DNA of 64,000 bases from Chlorokybus atmophyticus. Lineage: Eukaryota; Plantae; Mesostigma and Chlorokybus algae. Each line of letters opens with the position of its first letter. Positions within the stretch are counted from its first letter, which is position 1. A program made the position numbers and the translations under genes. The notes under the pieces were generated by a model. The model did no database searches, was not told where the DNA came from, and saw nothing but the letters and a program-made list of their open reading frames with translations. Of the stretch, positions 35,101 to 48,600 are shown in pieces. The stretch covers positions 224,578 through 288,577 of the forward strand of contig RHPI01002699.1 of the NCBI GenBank assembly GCA_009103225.1, given 5' to 3'.

Positions 35101-37985
35101 TTCATCTTGGTAGTCTCCAAGGTTAAGATGTTGCCCTGTTCACGCGTGGAGCACACTTTACTAACATGTTGACAATACTGCCCCGCAACGAGCATGGCAT
35201 TGTGCGTACCTGCAAAAGGAATGTAGCAAACACCACTTTGGCAAAGAAGTCACAGCAAATGTACACAGTCTCCTCCACCCTTACACTGTACATCTGCGCG
35301 AAGTACACAGGTTGTGAGTGGGCATGTGTAAAGTGGCAGCATGCGTTTGCCCTGCAAGAGAGTTCTTACGTTCAATGCAGCCAGCACCCAATTGATACCA
35401 AACAAACACCAAAGAGTCAGAGTAAACACGCGAAAAATGCGCCTGGTTCCGAAGTTGGACTGCGCATGCAATCCATGGTCATCGAGAATGAACAAAGCGT
35501 TCAAGCGCAGTCTGTACGGATGCACACCGTAGCGCACCTCTGCATCGCTAACTTCAAACAACTTATAAAGCTTCTTCAACACGACTGCAAAGGCCGCCAT
35601 GCTGATCGCCAAGAACACCATGTTGAACGGCAGCGGAAGGTACGATGCCAAGAAGCCGGAGATGACCATAACCTCATCACAAAGCAATGCAACCCAGACC
35701 TGCATGGCAACATGAGTTCTCTCTTAACTGTTGCACAAAGCTGCTGTGGTGCATTACATATCATGCAAACAGCCGCCTTCAACACCTGGTGACCAAGCCA
35801 AAGTGGTTAAGCATTGGTGTTCACCTTGCGTTCAGGGTACTTGGCAATCCTTCCAGCCAAAAACAGCAGGCAGGGTGTCGTGTGCATCCACTGCAGATAT
35901 CGCACGGCAACCAAAGGCCTGCCAGTAAAGTCTAACAACACGGGAACTACACCTGCGCAGACAAGTTTTCAAAAAGTTGGCTACCTGGCAGCCTTTACCA
36001 CCACGCATAACAAGCCGCATCTTTGAGAAGGATGCAACGGGCAGGAAGTACCAGGAACTAGCATGCAGATGTTTGTCATCATGGCCATTGAGACAGCTGC
36101 AAGGATAATAACCTCCTGCGATGAACAAAAACAGAAATGGAAAGGTTTTGAGTATGTTTTGCGCACTGGTTTTAGGCGCTGCTTTTCCAGTACAACTATG
36201 AAGCAAGCTTTGTGGTGGAGGAACTGCTCTGCCACAGCACTTACTAAGCTGCGCTTCTTTTCGTCACGCTCAAGCAGCAACTGGCACAGAGATACCACAA
36301 CGCTGGAGGTGAATGTCGCTACCGCAATCTGTAGAAAGGGAACGCAAATGTAAAATTAACTATGGGTTGAGAACAACATAATTGCACAAGAACACGTAAA
36401 CACAAGTAGCTTGCGGCTTTTTTGCTATAGTCGTGCGTTCTGAGCTTGCAACTGAGTGCATGACGTTGCTACTTTGCCACTGTGTGTTGCGCAGCAAAAG
36501 CCAGTGGCACTGGCTAAACAGCTAGGACACATGAATGTAGGGACCATGAAGGTTTGGAAAGCAGTGGTATCAGCAGGCAGATGTCAACTCATGTCAAGTT
36601 ATGTATGTCCACCGAGTGTAAAAAGAGGGCAACCAATGGTGATCCATGCGTCAATCGCAACAGTATGGGCAACGTTACCAAGTACGTGTCAGTGCCCCAG
36701 GGGTGCAGTTGCGCCAGTGCTTCAGGTGACGTGGGGAAAGTCCAACGCAGCAAACCCACCCAAAACCCAAATGAAGCGCACATCAGCACAATTAGCTTGA
36801 GGGGTTCTCGTATGGGCGCCCCGTATCCAACTTGCAGGCTGACGAAGGACTTGCTTGTGAGCAGTGCAGCAGGGTCTGTGGAAAGCAGGTTATAAAAAAG
36901 AACGCGCGCATACACAGCAAAACTGCGGTGCTCCAGCAAACCCAACCAACCACACCACAGCAGTGCGAAAGGTACCGAAAGTAGTGTTGGTCAGCAAAGC
37001 TGTACAGCAATGCTTGCAACGCACTCACACCACAGTTGACTCTACTGGCACGCTGTATGTCGATCACAAGCATCCCAAAGCTGTAAGTGATGTACACCAG
37101 CACTCGGCTGGTCAATTTGAGGTCTTGTGCGCAGACTGCCTTCTCAACAAGCTTACATCACAGTATGCTTGCTTGCTACACTGACTACTGCAGCTTGCTG
37201 CTGCTTGCGCATGGCTGCATTGCGTGTGGTATGGAGTATAATGACCACAATCTACTTCTACATGTTACTTAGCTGCTTGCGCACAGACAGCCTTCTCAAC
37301 AAGCTGGAACCAATGTGTGCGCTGTTGGTTACCCAATTACAGCGCGCTGCAGCTTGTGCATAATTGCATTCGCTTGTGACATAAACCCTATTGACTGCAA
37401 GCTGCTTTCAAGAACTACTCTGCTGCGCGCGCGCAGCTGAGTGACTACACCTGTAGGAACACCACTTCTACCAAGCTTATACCTAGAGCTTCACCATTTT
37501 ACTCACTGGTTGGCATTGTGAACTCAGTTCCGCAACCGTGTGGCGCAGCACTTGCTTTCAGTAGCCAGCATGAACAAACTAGCTGGTGAATTTGCTTACA
37601 CTCTGGGGCAATGCGGAAATAGCAGTGCTAACCAGGCTTACAATTCAAGTGATCTCTCTTTATTCTCACAGCCGCCCAAAAGTAGCAGCTGATTGTACTC
37701 GCGATAGCCACACATCTGCCCTACAAGTGCAAAGGATGAGTTACCTGCTGACAAGAGCGTTTGTAGCTCCGCTGACATGGAGGGGCTCCTTGGCCCTGTC
37801 GCCATCCCTGACCCTGAAGTGCTCCTGCTGGAGACCAAGCTGATGGCCTCCGGCGTCTTGTGGTGCTTGAAGGGGCCGGCGGCGGCCGCCGCCACCGCCT
37901 TGACCGCCTTCTGCAGGCTAGCCATGCCCGCAAACATCCCACCACTATCGCCCGCGAGCTTGCCTGCTGCTTCCTCCATACCCAT
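29178..37985 (-). CDS. Histidine-kinase rhodopsin (HKR/COP5-12-like): rhodopsin, HisKA, HATPase_c, receiver, cyclase-homology domain, long linker, SAM; more than 20 exons
   Basis: Rhodopsin helix C RYLQWMHTTP and helix G CDFFAKVVF (retinal Lys). H box SHELRTPLHGIIG, N box QIFYNLLSNSAKFT, G1 VSDTGIGI, G2 YGGIGLG. Receiver PDITVLD...GADEVLCQP. Cyclase VTVIVVGIVGFS...EVNGDPY...RIGVHYGPV. SAM FMRSIGLEQY...EEVTLDTL...EDLAAIGI...GVRRRL. Confidence 0.93.
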
Positions 37986-39364
37986 CAGAACTCCCAAAGC
38001 TGACGTGCTTGTTGCTTACTCAACAGCAGCACCAAGGCCATTGAGGAGCACAAGCTGCAACCAGTTCTGCTGCTGCAGCTGCCCCTTTTCCTGGTTGGCT
38101 CCCCGTGGCTTTCAGCAGCCCGCCCGTCGTTCGCGTCGCGGTTGATCACATCCTCCAGCGTATTCAAGAACTCCTCCTTCCTCCCCCGCCTCCGCCTGCT
38201 TGTCCTGACCTGACCAGACCAGGCCAAGTGCTTGCTTGCAGCGGCATAGCAGGTATTTTTATCGTTATTGATCCGCACACGAGCATAGTCGACATCGAGC
38301 ACGGTTGATATTGGGTTGCTCTGGTCGAAATCGTGCTGCTGGTGTGTCGAGATAAGATATCGACGATGGCTAACCACTGCCGTGACAGTATGAGGTCCGT
38401 AACTACTGCGTTGACGTATCAACCCTTATGGTACGTCAAAGCGGTACCTTGTAAGTCACATGTTGTAACGTGTTCAATGTGAACGTATTGTGAGTGAGCA
38501 CTTATGACATAGCTTGTACTCAGTACAATGACAGAGTTGAACGTGGTACGGTGATCCTTCCAACCAATCTCACTTTGTCGCTCTGTCAGACCATGAGCAT
38601 GACAGTCCGCTCAGCAATCTTCACATTGTCGGGGTAACGGTGTCAGCACCGGTACTACCCACTGCACCGTGACCACCGTCCACGTTAGTTGACATCGTCA
38701 GACACATATTGCACCTGTAACCTTCCGTTGCCCTACCTCCGAGGTTTGTCAGATTCTCCGTTACCTACCCTTCCGCTGCACTACGTACCTAAACCTATAC
38801 CTATAGCTACCTCTACATCCCATGTTCAGGATGCAAAACATCACGTACTCCCAACCCCAGCTGCTTCCGTCGCTAGCTGTGGAGGGCTGAAGGCAGCGAC
38901 GCCTTCAGCCCTCCACTATTGAGCCATATTTCAGCTGTGCATGCATTATACATATAGATACATATATATATGTATACATGTATGCTGTAAGGAATGGTAT
39001 CATTTTTGCTGCTCACACACTGATGTGCTCTATATATAAGAGCTCAGGCCAAGTCGTTTCTACTTTGGGGGGTGTATAAGTTTGTGAGTTTGAAGCATGC
39101 AAGCAAGTGCACACGACAAAACATATATTTGTATAAGGTAAATTAATCAATTGATCAATGCGCTTTCCGAGTTGAGCCCAAATTCAAAGTTGTTAGCATA
39201 ATATTCTACATCATGAGGTGTATTCAACAAGTATACATCAAGTGCTGAAGCATTGAATGTAATTATCATCTTCGCGGTTGAATAACAGGCAACTTGCGGG
39301 ATTCACATAATTATAAGTTAAAATATCACATACAATCCTATACTACACGTGAGCAGCTCTTTCA

Positions 39365-39640
39365 ACACATGAAATCCAACCTGGCAGGCAGTGGACAGAT
39401 AACTTTTTTTGCAGCATGCACTTTCTTCAAGCAGCTTTCAATGGAAAAACGAGGGGAAACACGCGGGGCGGCCAAATAAGCAAGGTAATGGTACCATTAA
39501 CAATTGAAATTGTGGTTTGCATATCATTCTTACTTTTCACCTCGACGTTTGTCAAGCCCCACCCTTCACTTTTGCCCCATGGTTGGAACCTTAAGTGTCC
39601 TCAAACTGCCTTTTGTTCTTCATGTGAAGAGTTGTCGCAC
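39365..39640 (+). repeat. Dispersed degenerate repeat of about 250-280 bp, copy 1
   Basis: Shares AGTGGACA.ATAACTTT...GCAGCATGCA, GGCGGC.AA.TAAG, CAAGCCCCA.C.TTCACTTT and AAACT.....TCTTCATGTG blocks with 41380-41610 (+) and 57395-57655 (-). Confidence 0.75.
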
Positions 39641-41379
39641 ATATGAAACATTTACACAACATAGTTTACAATAGTCAAAGTCAATTAACAATAGGTCACG
39701 TTATTATCTTATGCATTTACATAATTTTAATATAATAAAAGCACAATATTATCGCATATGTTATAATTATGGGGTAATTGTAAGTACGAAACATAGCAAA
39801 AACGTTTATCTAGCTTGCATGTAGCATGCCGTCCAACCATTAGGCCATGGCACCGAATGTCGATGCCATCATAGTATGCGGAACAAGCATGTCCTATGTA
39901 GCACATTGAATTTGAATATTGCCTTCTTATACCTAGCGTAGCGATCAGGCCCCACGTTTCAAACAAAGCATCACACAACAAGTTGTTGACTGATGCTTTG
40001 CAACTTGCTGGCGGTATGCGTGGGTGCGATTGCGACAACATATATGTGCATGTATATTAATAAAAAGGTTATTTGGTGCTCTTATTAATCGGCTTGCACA
40101 AGCACGCCAATAAGTATGTGGCACCTTTCTCAGTTGCATCAATATCTCTCTCAATTTTGCGTGCCATAACTTTACACATGCACTTGTTCATCCCCTCAGC
40201 ATAGATTTGCTCGCATGACTCTTTCTGATTTGTTGCTGCGCCATGAATTGATGCAATCATTTGCGACGCGTTGATGTCCATGCTGCAAGCCGCTTGGCAC
40301 AGTCGAGATGATTGGGAGATCCTGTTATTTATGAATCCCATTGTGTAGTCGACTAAGTCAACTTCGACTATAAGGAGAAATTATGATAGGATTTCCACAC
40401 ATTAGCGACAAGTTCAAGTTTGCTTCAGTATACCCTTATTAAATAGTTACAAGCAATAGCAACAAGTGAAAACAGTAGTAGAAAAACTCTTTGATAAAAT
40501 TCACAGGTTGCCACGTTTTCACGTGCACCGCCATGGCCTAACTCCAATGCCGTTGCTGCCTCAGGCTCCCATAACTGGGTTTTAAACCAAGTTACTTTGG
40601 CCATGCCAGCTACTTCATAAATAAACAACACAGCAACAAAGCATCAATCATTAAACGACACTGAAGTCAACAACCATCTGCAGCGCCTGCAGGCAGGCAC
40701 AGACCTGCGGCCGGCCCCATGACCCGCTCTGGTTACTGGCCTGGCCCAAATTGGCCTAACTAACTACCTAGTCAGCAAGAAGAGGGTGAGGGGCGATCCG
40801 CAAAAACACGCAAAGTACAAAAACTGTCTGTCTATGTCTGCAAATGTATACATATAATATAGTGTTATTTACACACCACTCGAGTTAAGGTTGGATGCAC
40901 CCAACCTAATGCATTGCTGCGGCCGCGGGCGCCATGTCCCGCTCTAAGTCGCCGGCCTGCTCTGGCTGGCTATTTGGCAAGGAAGGGAGGGTGCATGAGC
41001 TTTGGTGGCGACAGAATGAATAACAAAATCAAATCAAATCAAACTTTAATTATCTCGCAATATACGTAGTGGAACCTTGACAACGCCCTAATTGCCTGCC
41101 GCCCTTTACTGTAAGCAATGGGGAGCAATATTTATTGATGGCAGATCATGTCACAACGTACCTCAATAAACGATATGCGCCCCAATTGTTATCGCCACCG
41201 CTGCGGCATCGATTTGTCTTGACCTGCGGGTGTCTGGCCAGGCGCAAGGGGTGGGGCTCATGTATCTGATTGTATAAATAAAAGTAAGATGACACCATAA
41301 CTTTGCCTCTCCTGCTGCTGCTCCTCCGCCGCCGCCGCAAGACCTCACACGAATCGGTAACACGTACACCAACTGTATG

Positions 41380-41610
41380 GATTGGCCATTGCAGCTGGTG
41401 CACATACAACTTTCTCTACAGTATACATTTTCAGCGCAGTGAAACCATGTACGGCGGCCAAATAAGTATGGCAGTGATTTCAATAAAAATGGAAATATTA
41501 ATTATCCTGTTATTATATAACTTGTCACCTCGCCATGTTACAAGCCCCAACTTTCACTTTTGCCGCAAATGAAACTCTATATGTTTTAAACTAGCTTTTA
41601 ATCTTCATGT
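41380..41610 (+). repeat. Dispersed degenerate repeat, copy 2
   Basis: Same motif series: GGCGGCCAAATAAG, CAAGCCCCAACTTTCACTTTT, TCTTCATGTG. Confidence 0.72.
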
Positions 41611-42558
41611 GCAACACGATGAATGCTATCAACCTCGCCGCCCTTTCCGCCGCGTTAGCTATGGCGAGCGTCTTGCATGTGTCTAAGTTAAAACGACTTC
41701 AATCGCAATGTTAAAGTTAAAAGGAGCCATTTTCCTCCTCGTTTAAGGTCGCCCCAAGCCTATCATTACCATCATTGGGCTCATAAGAATGTTGGTATTA
41801 ATGTCCAGGTGTTGCTTGCCGCGCTTGTGTAAATGAATTAAGCTTTTTGTGAGAGAGGGCGTTTCTCCTCATAGTGCACTCGGCAGTGATGTTACCTGAT
41901 AGACCAATGAAATGGGCATGACACTTGGCTAGCTTTGCCTTTGGCTGAAGTGCTTGAGTAAATACAACATGTAGGGCTTGCGTTGCGTGTTGCATACTTC
42001 AAGCATAGTAAAGGGTCTTTCAGAACGAAAGATGCAAATTGAATTGTAAGTAGCATGCATCTGCACAGACGCTTCACGCAAACTTTGTGCATAACTTTGT
42101 ACTGCGAATGGCATTTGCGCATGCTTGCAGAGTGTGGTTACTGTAAATGAGTGACACTTATCAATATGTTAAGCGTCTTTCAGGGTGCCAGTTGCACTCT
42201 CTTGGTGCATTCAACAATCTCTACTGCAAGTTGGTTTATACCCTGTTCACGTCTAGGCCTATGGGGTTGCCACAAGGAACGAATCCGTAAGCCTTTTAAC
42301 CCATGACTGGCACAGACCACCAGAATTGTCGCTTGCACGCCCACATTTCTGGTGGGTGGTGGAGAGGCGTTGCAGAGAATTCAAAAGATTCCCTCCACTG
42401 CGCCAGTGACGTCTCTCATGATGAAAATTGGCAATGCGCAATTTAAAACAAGGCACGGCACGGCTTTAAACAGACAGAGAGGCAGCGCCACAGGAATCCG
42501 TGACGGGAGTGGAGCAGGAGCACAAGGCGCCGGCGGCGGCGGAGCAGGAGCAGGAGCA

Positions 42559-42590
42559 GGAGGAGGAGGAGGAGGAGGAGGAGGAGGAGG
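42559..42590 (+). repeat. (GGA)n trinucleotide run upstream of the ABCG start
   Basis: About 10 GGA units preceded by GGAGCA units. Confidence 0.9.
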
Positions 42591-42632
42591 GGCAGGGTTG
42601 CTGTTCACAGAGACGGGCCTGCGGACGACACG

Positions 42633-45600
42633 ATGAACGGCGGCGGCAGCAATCAAGCTGCCGCCGCCCCTGCCTCCGGCTTGCCGCAAGTAACTGAGCA
42701 GTGTGCATGAATGTGCTGCGTAATACTGCATGCTGGAAGGCCAGGCCGCTTAACCAGGCCAGGTCATACGGGTGGAAAGTTCTTACTGTGCCACGTGTAC
42801 AGATGGCTCGTGACCCCGCCGACACCGCGGCGGCCGTCGCCGACGCCCATCACTTCAGTGAGGGGCTGCGTGCCCTCCATGAAGGCCGCACCATCTCCAC
42901 CCGCTCTGCCAGCCTCCGCCGCCGGTACACACGCACACATAAACCCTAACTGCCCAGACTCACCAGTATTATATCCATCCATCCAGCCACCCACGCACAT
43001 ATACACATACATGCACCTCACCTTCATCCAACCATACCCATGGCCGTGCCCCTGTCCAGGTCGAGCTCAACGGCCTCATCTTTTGGAGAGGGAGGGTTGG
43101 AGCTGCGTCCCTTCAGCACCTTGCCTACCATTGCCAGCGAGCGCGCCGCTGCCCTTGCTGTTGCCAATGTGCAGCTAAAGCAGGAGGGTGTCATCAATGG
43201 CAATGTCAGTGGTGGTAGCGCCTGGCAGGTGAGCAAGAACCTGAGCAATGCCGGCTTGCTGCATATCACATTGTTGTTGCAAGCATGCAATCTGCATTGT
43301 TATTATGGTTGTATGTGGTGTAGCACATGTGTGCTTCATCGCAATTCACTATATGACTATGAACCAATGCAACATATGATGTGCAAGCTGTTGGGTGCCA
43401 GCATGCCAGTTGCACACAATGTGGACTCACTGCACTGCAGCATGCAACAGTTGGGTGCACAATATGAGTTTCGTTCTTGGTGCCAGAATGCCAGTAAGAC
43501 ACAATGTGGTCACTGCACTGCCATGCAGCAATGCCTATCCATGGCAGGGCATTGTGCATGGAGCTGCCTGGTGCCTCAACTGACGCAATGCGATTGTCTT
43601 CTGACATGCATGTTGTGTGACGCAACGTGCATGTCATTAGTCACCAACCTCTGTGACACCATATGCACGTCAACAGTTGGAGAAGCCCGCAGAGCTGCAA
43701 AGCTCGCTGGAAGTGTACGGCGAAGAAGTGGATAGCGACATCCTGGCCAATATTGTCCAACGCTACTACGCTTTGCTTCTTGAGCTTCAGCGGTGCAAAT
43801 TGAGATTCTCTGCCTATGCCACAATGACCGTTGCATGCACACAACATCAAACTCAACGTTAACATTGCTGGCCAGGTACCGCGAAGCACAGGAGTTGGCG
43901 AGTACTTTGGAGCAAGCCAGGCATGGTGCGAAGGACGGGAAGGATTACAAGGAGGAGCTTACGGGCATCGAAACGCTGCTGAAGGATGGATTGATGGCCT
44001 TCCTGTCGAGAATAGCTGCAGCCATACCACCAAGGCCCACGCAGGTGGTGCGCTTCAAAGGTGTGACTTATACGGGCAGCGTGGCTGTGGCAGGATCCCT
44101 TGGGTACGAAACTGTGGGCAGTCGGTTGGGAAAATGCCTCCTGCCTTGCGGTGAGTGCACAGAGTGGTTGCATCAGTGCCTTAGATTTGCTATAGTATGG
44201 TTGTGTGTTGTTGGTGTAGTGTGCATGCATGAACACATTGCCACACGCGCATACGACCGGACACAGGCACGCAGGCTTGCTTGCAGGCATGGGTCGGGTC
44301 TGTGCCGTGCCGCATGCATGTGTTCCTTGAAGTAAAGTGTTCTGACAACTCAGTTGTTTACTTCCAATGGATGGCAGTTGCAGCTGCCAAAGCACGCTCC
44401 ACAAGTGTCTCTTATCCCATCCTCAATGATGCCTCTGGTTACCTCATGCCCGGCACTCTCACCATTGTCCTTGGTCCTCCTGGGTGTGGAAAGACATCCG
44501 TTCATAAGGTGCGTGTCTTGATAATGAGGAATATGTGTGTGTCACCATTGGTGTATGATTGCTTGCTGGCTCAGATGGTATAATGTGAGAAATCATACGT
44601 TCAAGCAAGGACACTCTGTTAATCTGCGATATCAGCACTCGCTTTCATTTCAAGGAAACTGACTGATTGCATGTGCAGACAACTGACTTATTTGATTGCG
44701 CGTCGAGCAAGAATGTTCACGTCACATCTGGCATGCATGCAGGCGTTGGCGGGGAGGTTGGCATCAATGAAGTCAGTGAAGTTGACGGGAGAGGTGAAGT
44801 ACAATGATCAGGACATACGCGGGATAGTGGCGAGGAGGCTGGCGGCGTACATACAGCAAACGGACGCGCACATACCCGTGCTGACGGTGAGAGAGACGTG
44901 CACCTTTGCACGTGACTGCACCATTGCGGGGGCGAGCCGCAAGATGGAGAAGGACAAGAACGTCACACCAGAGCTAGCGGCCCTGCTCGGCCCCGTGTAC
45001 GAAGAGGGCGGGGACCCGCGCGTGGACATTGTGCTGAAGCTCATGGGCCTGGATGTGTGCGCAGACACGATTGTTGGCAACCAACTCCTGCGTGGCGTGT
45101 CCGGCGGGGAGAGGCATCGTGTGACAACGGCGGAGATGATGTGCGGCATATACTCGGTGTACTGCTTCGACGAGATATCGACGGGGCTGGACTCCTCCGC
45201 AACGTACGACATCACCTTCATGATCAAGACCATCGCACGTCTCATGCGCACGACCAACATCTTCTCTCTCCTCCAGCCACCTCCCGAGGTCTTTGACCTC
45301 TTCGACCGCATCATCCAGCTCGATCATGGCGAGATCGTGTACCAGGGCCCCAAAGATGACGTGCTCGCGTACTACCACGACCTCGGCTACACCAAACCGC
45401 CTCATGTGGACGTGGCGGATTTCTTGCAGGAGGTGACCACATCATCAGGACAAGAGTTCCTCCGCCGTGGCGCCGTCCCACTTGACCATGACGGCTTCGT
45501 TGCCGCCTATAAGGCCAGCAAGCACTATCAGGACGTCATGCGGGTGGTGGAAGGGAATGGTGATGGCGCTTCGGTCCCAAATGAAGTGTGGGTGAGAGGC

Positions 45601-48600
45601 TCTGAGGACCCCACTCGCCCATTGGGTTGCAGTTTTGTGGACACGCCTGCCGGACCTGCCCTCGCACACGTCCACCCTGACAGCCCCCTTGCCGACCACG
45701 ACAACCAGCACAACACTGACTTGGCTCGTGTTGGCGACATTGTACGCGCCGTTAGCGGTAAGGACAGCATGTTGTAACCAAAAGTAGTAACTGCGTCAAT
45801 CAACACTGGCTGCATGCAGGGCCGGCTGACCCTACTGCAGCGGGCATCCCGCCACCGCTAACGTACCTCACGCCAGACATTACAGCTGCGAAGCTGGAAC
45901 GCTATGTCCAAGCCGCCGCCCAACCGGTAAGACAACAACCGCTTGGTCTACGCACTGTTGCATGTTGATCATCGTGTGCAATTACAATTGTTGGTGCAAG
46001 GTGTTACTTTTTAGCTTTGGTACGCTCTGGTATCAAGTCTACTCAGTATTGTATCCGAGCTGTGGCTCACAGCAGAGCACACCAGGGATGCATGCACGTG
46101 TCCCAGCACCCACTCTTGAGCTGTTGTCAATGTAGGTGAGGTTACAGTTGGAGAGGCCGTTTGAGGAGGTGTCAGGGTACAAGAAGGAGCAGTTTGAGGT
46201 GGAGTTTGTGCAGGCGCCATGGCCGAGCACGAAGACGCTGTTCAGGAGACAGTTTGCGGTGGCGTGGCGCAACATAGCGTTTACGCTGGCCCGCCTCGCG
46301 CAGGTCCTCATCCTTGGCATTGTCACGGGGACCCTCTTCTGGAGGATCAGTGATGATAGTCAGCAGGGCAACATGCGTCTTAAGACCTCCGTTGTCTTCA
46401 TGGGCGTCCTCACCCTCAGCGTGGGCGCTATTGCACAGATTCCAACACAAATCGACGAACGCAGCGTCTTTTACAAACACTTCAATGCGCGCTTCTTCCG
46501 CCCCTCGTCATTCGTCCTCGCCAATGCCATCACGGGCATCCCCTTTTCCACCATGGAGGTGAGAGAAACACCGCCACATTGCTTGTCGCACACATGCATA
46601 GACACAGACACAAATTCACGCACGCACGTATGGATACACGTTGTTATGTGCATTTGTGCACGCATGTGTGCGCACAAGTATGCATACAAGCGTACCTAAC
46701 ATGTGTGTGATGGGGTGGATCCAGGTGTTTGTATATGGTCCCATTGTGTACTTCATGTCTGGACTGTCGCTGAGCCCCCGCGGCGCGCCCTTCTTTATCT
46801 ACATGCTCATCCTGGCGCTCGCGGCGTTGTTCGGCTCAGCTCTCGTGCGGCTCTTGACTTCTGTGGCGCCCACAAGGGATGCTGCAGCCTCGTTTGCAGG
46901 ACTGCTGATTGTGTTCTTTACAATATTCGCCGGCTTCCTGATCACCAAGGTCAGTGGAGATGCAATGGTTGTTGATATGCCACTTGAATGTTTCAACAGG
47001 TCCAAGGGCTTGCGTTCCAATTGTATGCCAACATGCATTATGTTCATATCAGAGCGCGTCGTATGCGCTTAGTGTAAGTGCAATTTACAGTGTGCAAGTG
47101 GTTGCACTTGTATGCAGTAGTATCATGATATGCATATGCATACCACAAACAGGGCACAATCCCAAGCTGGTGGATATGGATGTACTGGGCCAGTCCCATG
47201 CAATGGACGTACACAGGGCTCGTTCTGAACGAGTTCATGTCTCCCAAATATGACACCCCCTGCGATCAGCTCTCACCCCTACCCAACTACTGCGTCGGCC
47301 GCGGCTCCATGCGATTCGGCTCGGCCTTCCTTGAACTCTACCAACTTCCCGCCACAAAGGTGTTAATAGTACCAACACACTTGCCACGCGTCTACACATG
47401 TCACATGCTTGTACTAAGTGGACTGCCTTTCCTCACAACAGTTTCGTATCTGGACTGCCGTGATTGCGTTGCTAGCGTACTACGCGATCTTCACGTGCCT
47501 CACCTTCGTGACGATGGGCAAGACATCTCTGGACAACTCCTCGGCGCCATCCATCGCGAACAAAGAGGAGAAGCAGCAGCAGCTGCAGCAGCTCGCGAGC
47601 AAGGAGACGCGCTCAAAGACGTCTCAACAAGCAACGATGTCAACAGGAACACAACTAGCAACCTTGCAGGTACATTCTCATCAAGCTGCTCACATGCGCA
47701 AATTATGCATAGATCAGTATGAGTCTACCTGTCAATCTGAGTCACTGAGCAATGACAGCTTGGTTTAGTAACTCACTGACTGGTACACTTGTATGATGCA
47801 ATGCAATGACAGGATGCCGAGGAAGGTGTCGCTGTGTCAGCGGTGCCGGCAAAAAGGGTTGGGAAGGGGAGTGGCCTTGACTTCACCCCAGCAACACTAT
47901 CGTTTCATGACCTCTCATATGAGGTGCAGCTCCCCGGAGGAAGCGAGTGGAAGACGCTCCTGCATGGCATATCAGGGTACGTTGTGGCCTGTTGAAGTAT
48001 GGTTGCATTGTGTTGGATGTCAACTGAGTGTGTTGATTTCCTTACAGTCTTGCAAAGCCGGGGACGATGACTGCACTGATGGGCAGCAGCGGTGCCGGCA
48101 AGACCACATTGTTGGACGTGTTGTTCGGCCGCAAGACAGGAGGCCGTATCTCTGGAGAAGTTCTTGTCAACGGGTATGTTAATGTAATTAATGCCTGTCT
48201 GTGTGCGTGTACACGCTTGCATACGGGCATGTGTGCATGCGCGTGGTTGTGTCTGCACGTGTGTGCTTATGTGTACATGTGCAAGCGTGTCAAACCTCTC
48301 ATATTGCAGATATCCCAAGGAGCAGCAGTCATTTGGGAGGATATCTGGCTACTGCGAACAAAATGACATCCATGCGCCGTTTGCGACCGTGCGCGAGGCT
48401 CTTCAATTCAGTGCTGATCTCCGGCTGGACAGAAAGTTTACCGCAGCCCAGCGTGCTGCCTTTGTTGTCGAAGTCATGGACCTGCTTGACCTCGCTGCCC
48501 TGGCCGATGCGCTCATAGGGGAGTCCGCAGAGAACGGCCTGTCTGTTGAACAGGTGCACGTCGTGGTCAAACAGAAACGTGCACGAACATATGCGCACGC

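Noticed and set aside
37985-38422. 145-aa minus-strand ORF upstream of the rhodopsin start
   Set aside because: No recognisable motif and no clear splice link; probably 5' UTR or promoter sequence.
39727-40631. Short minus-strand ORFs in the AT-rich intergenic block
   Set aside because: No convincing domain similarity or exon chain; possibly decayed TE but unsupported.
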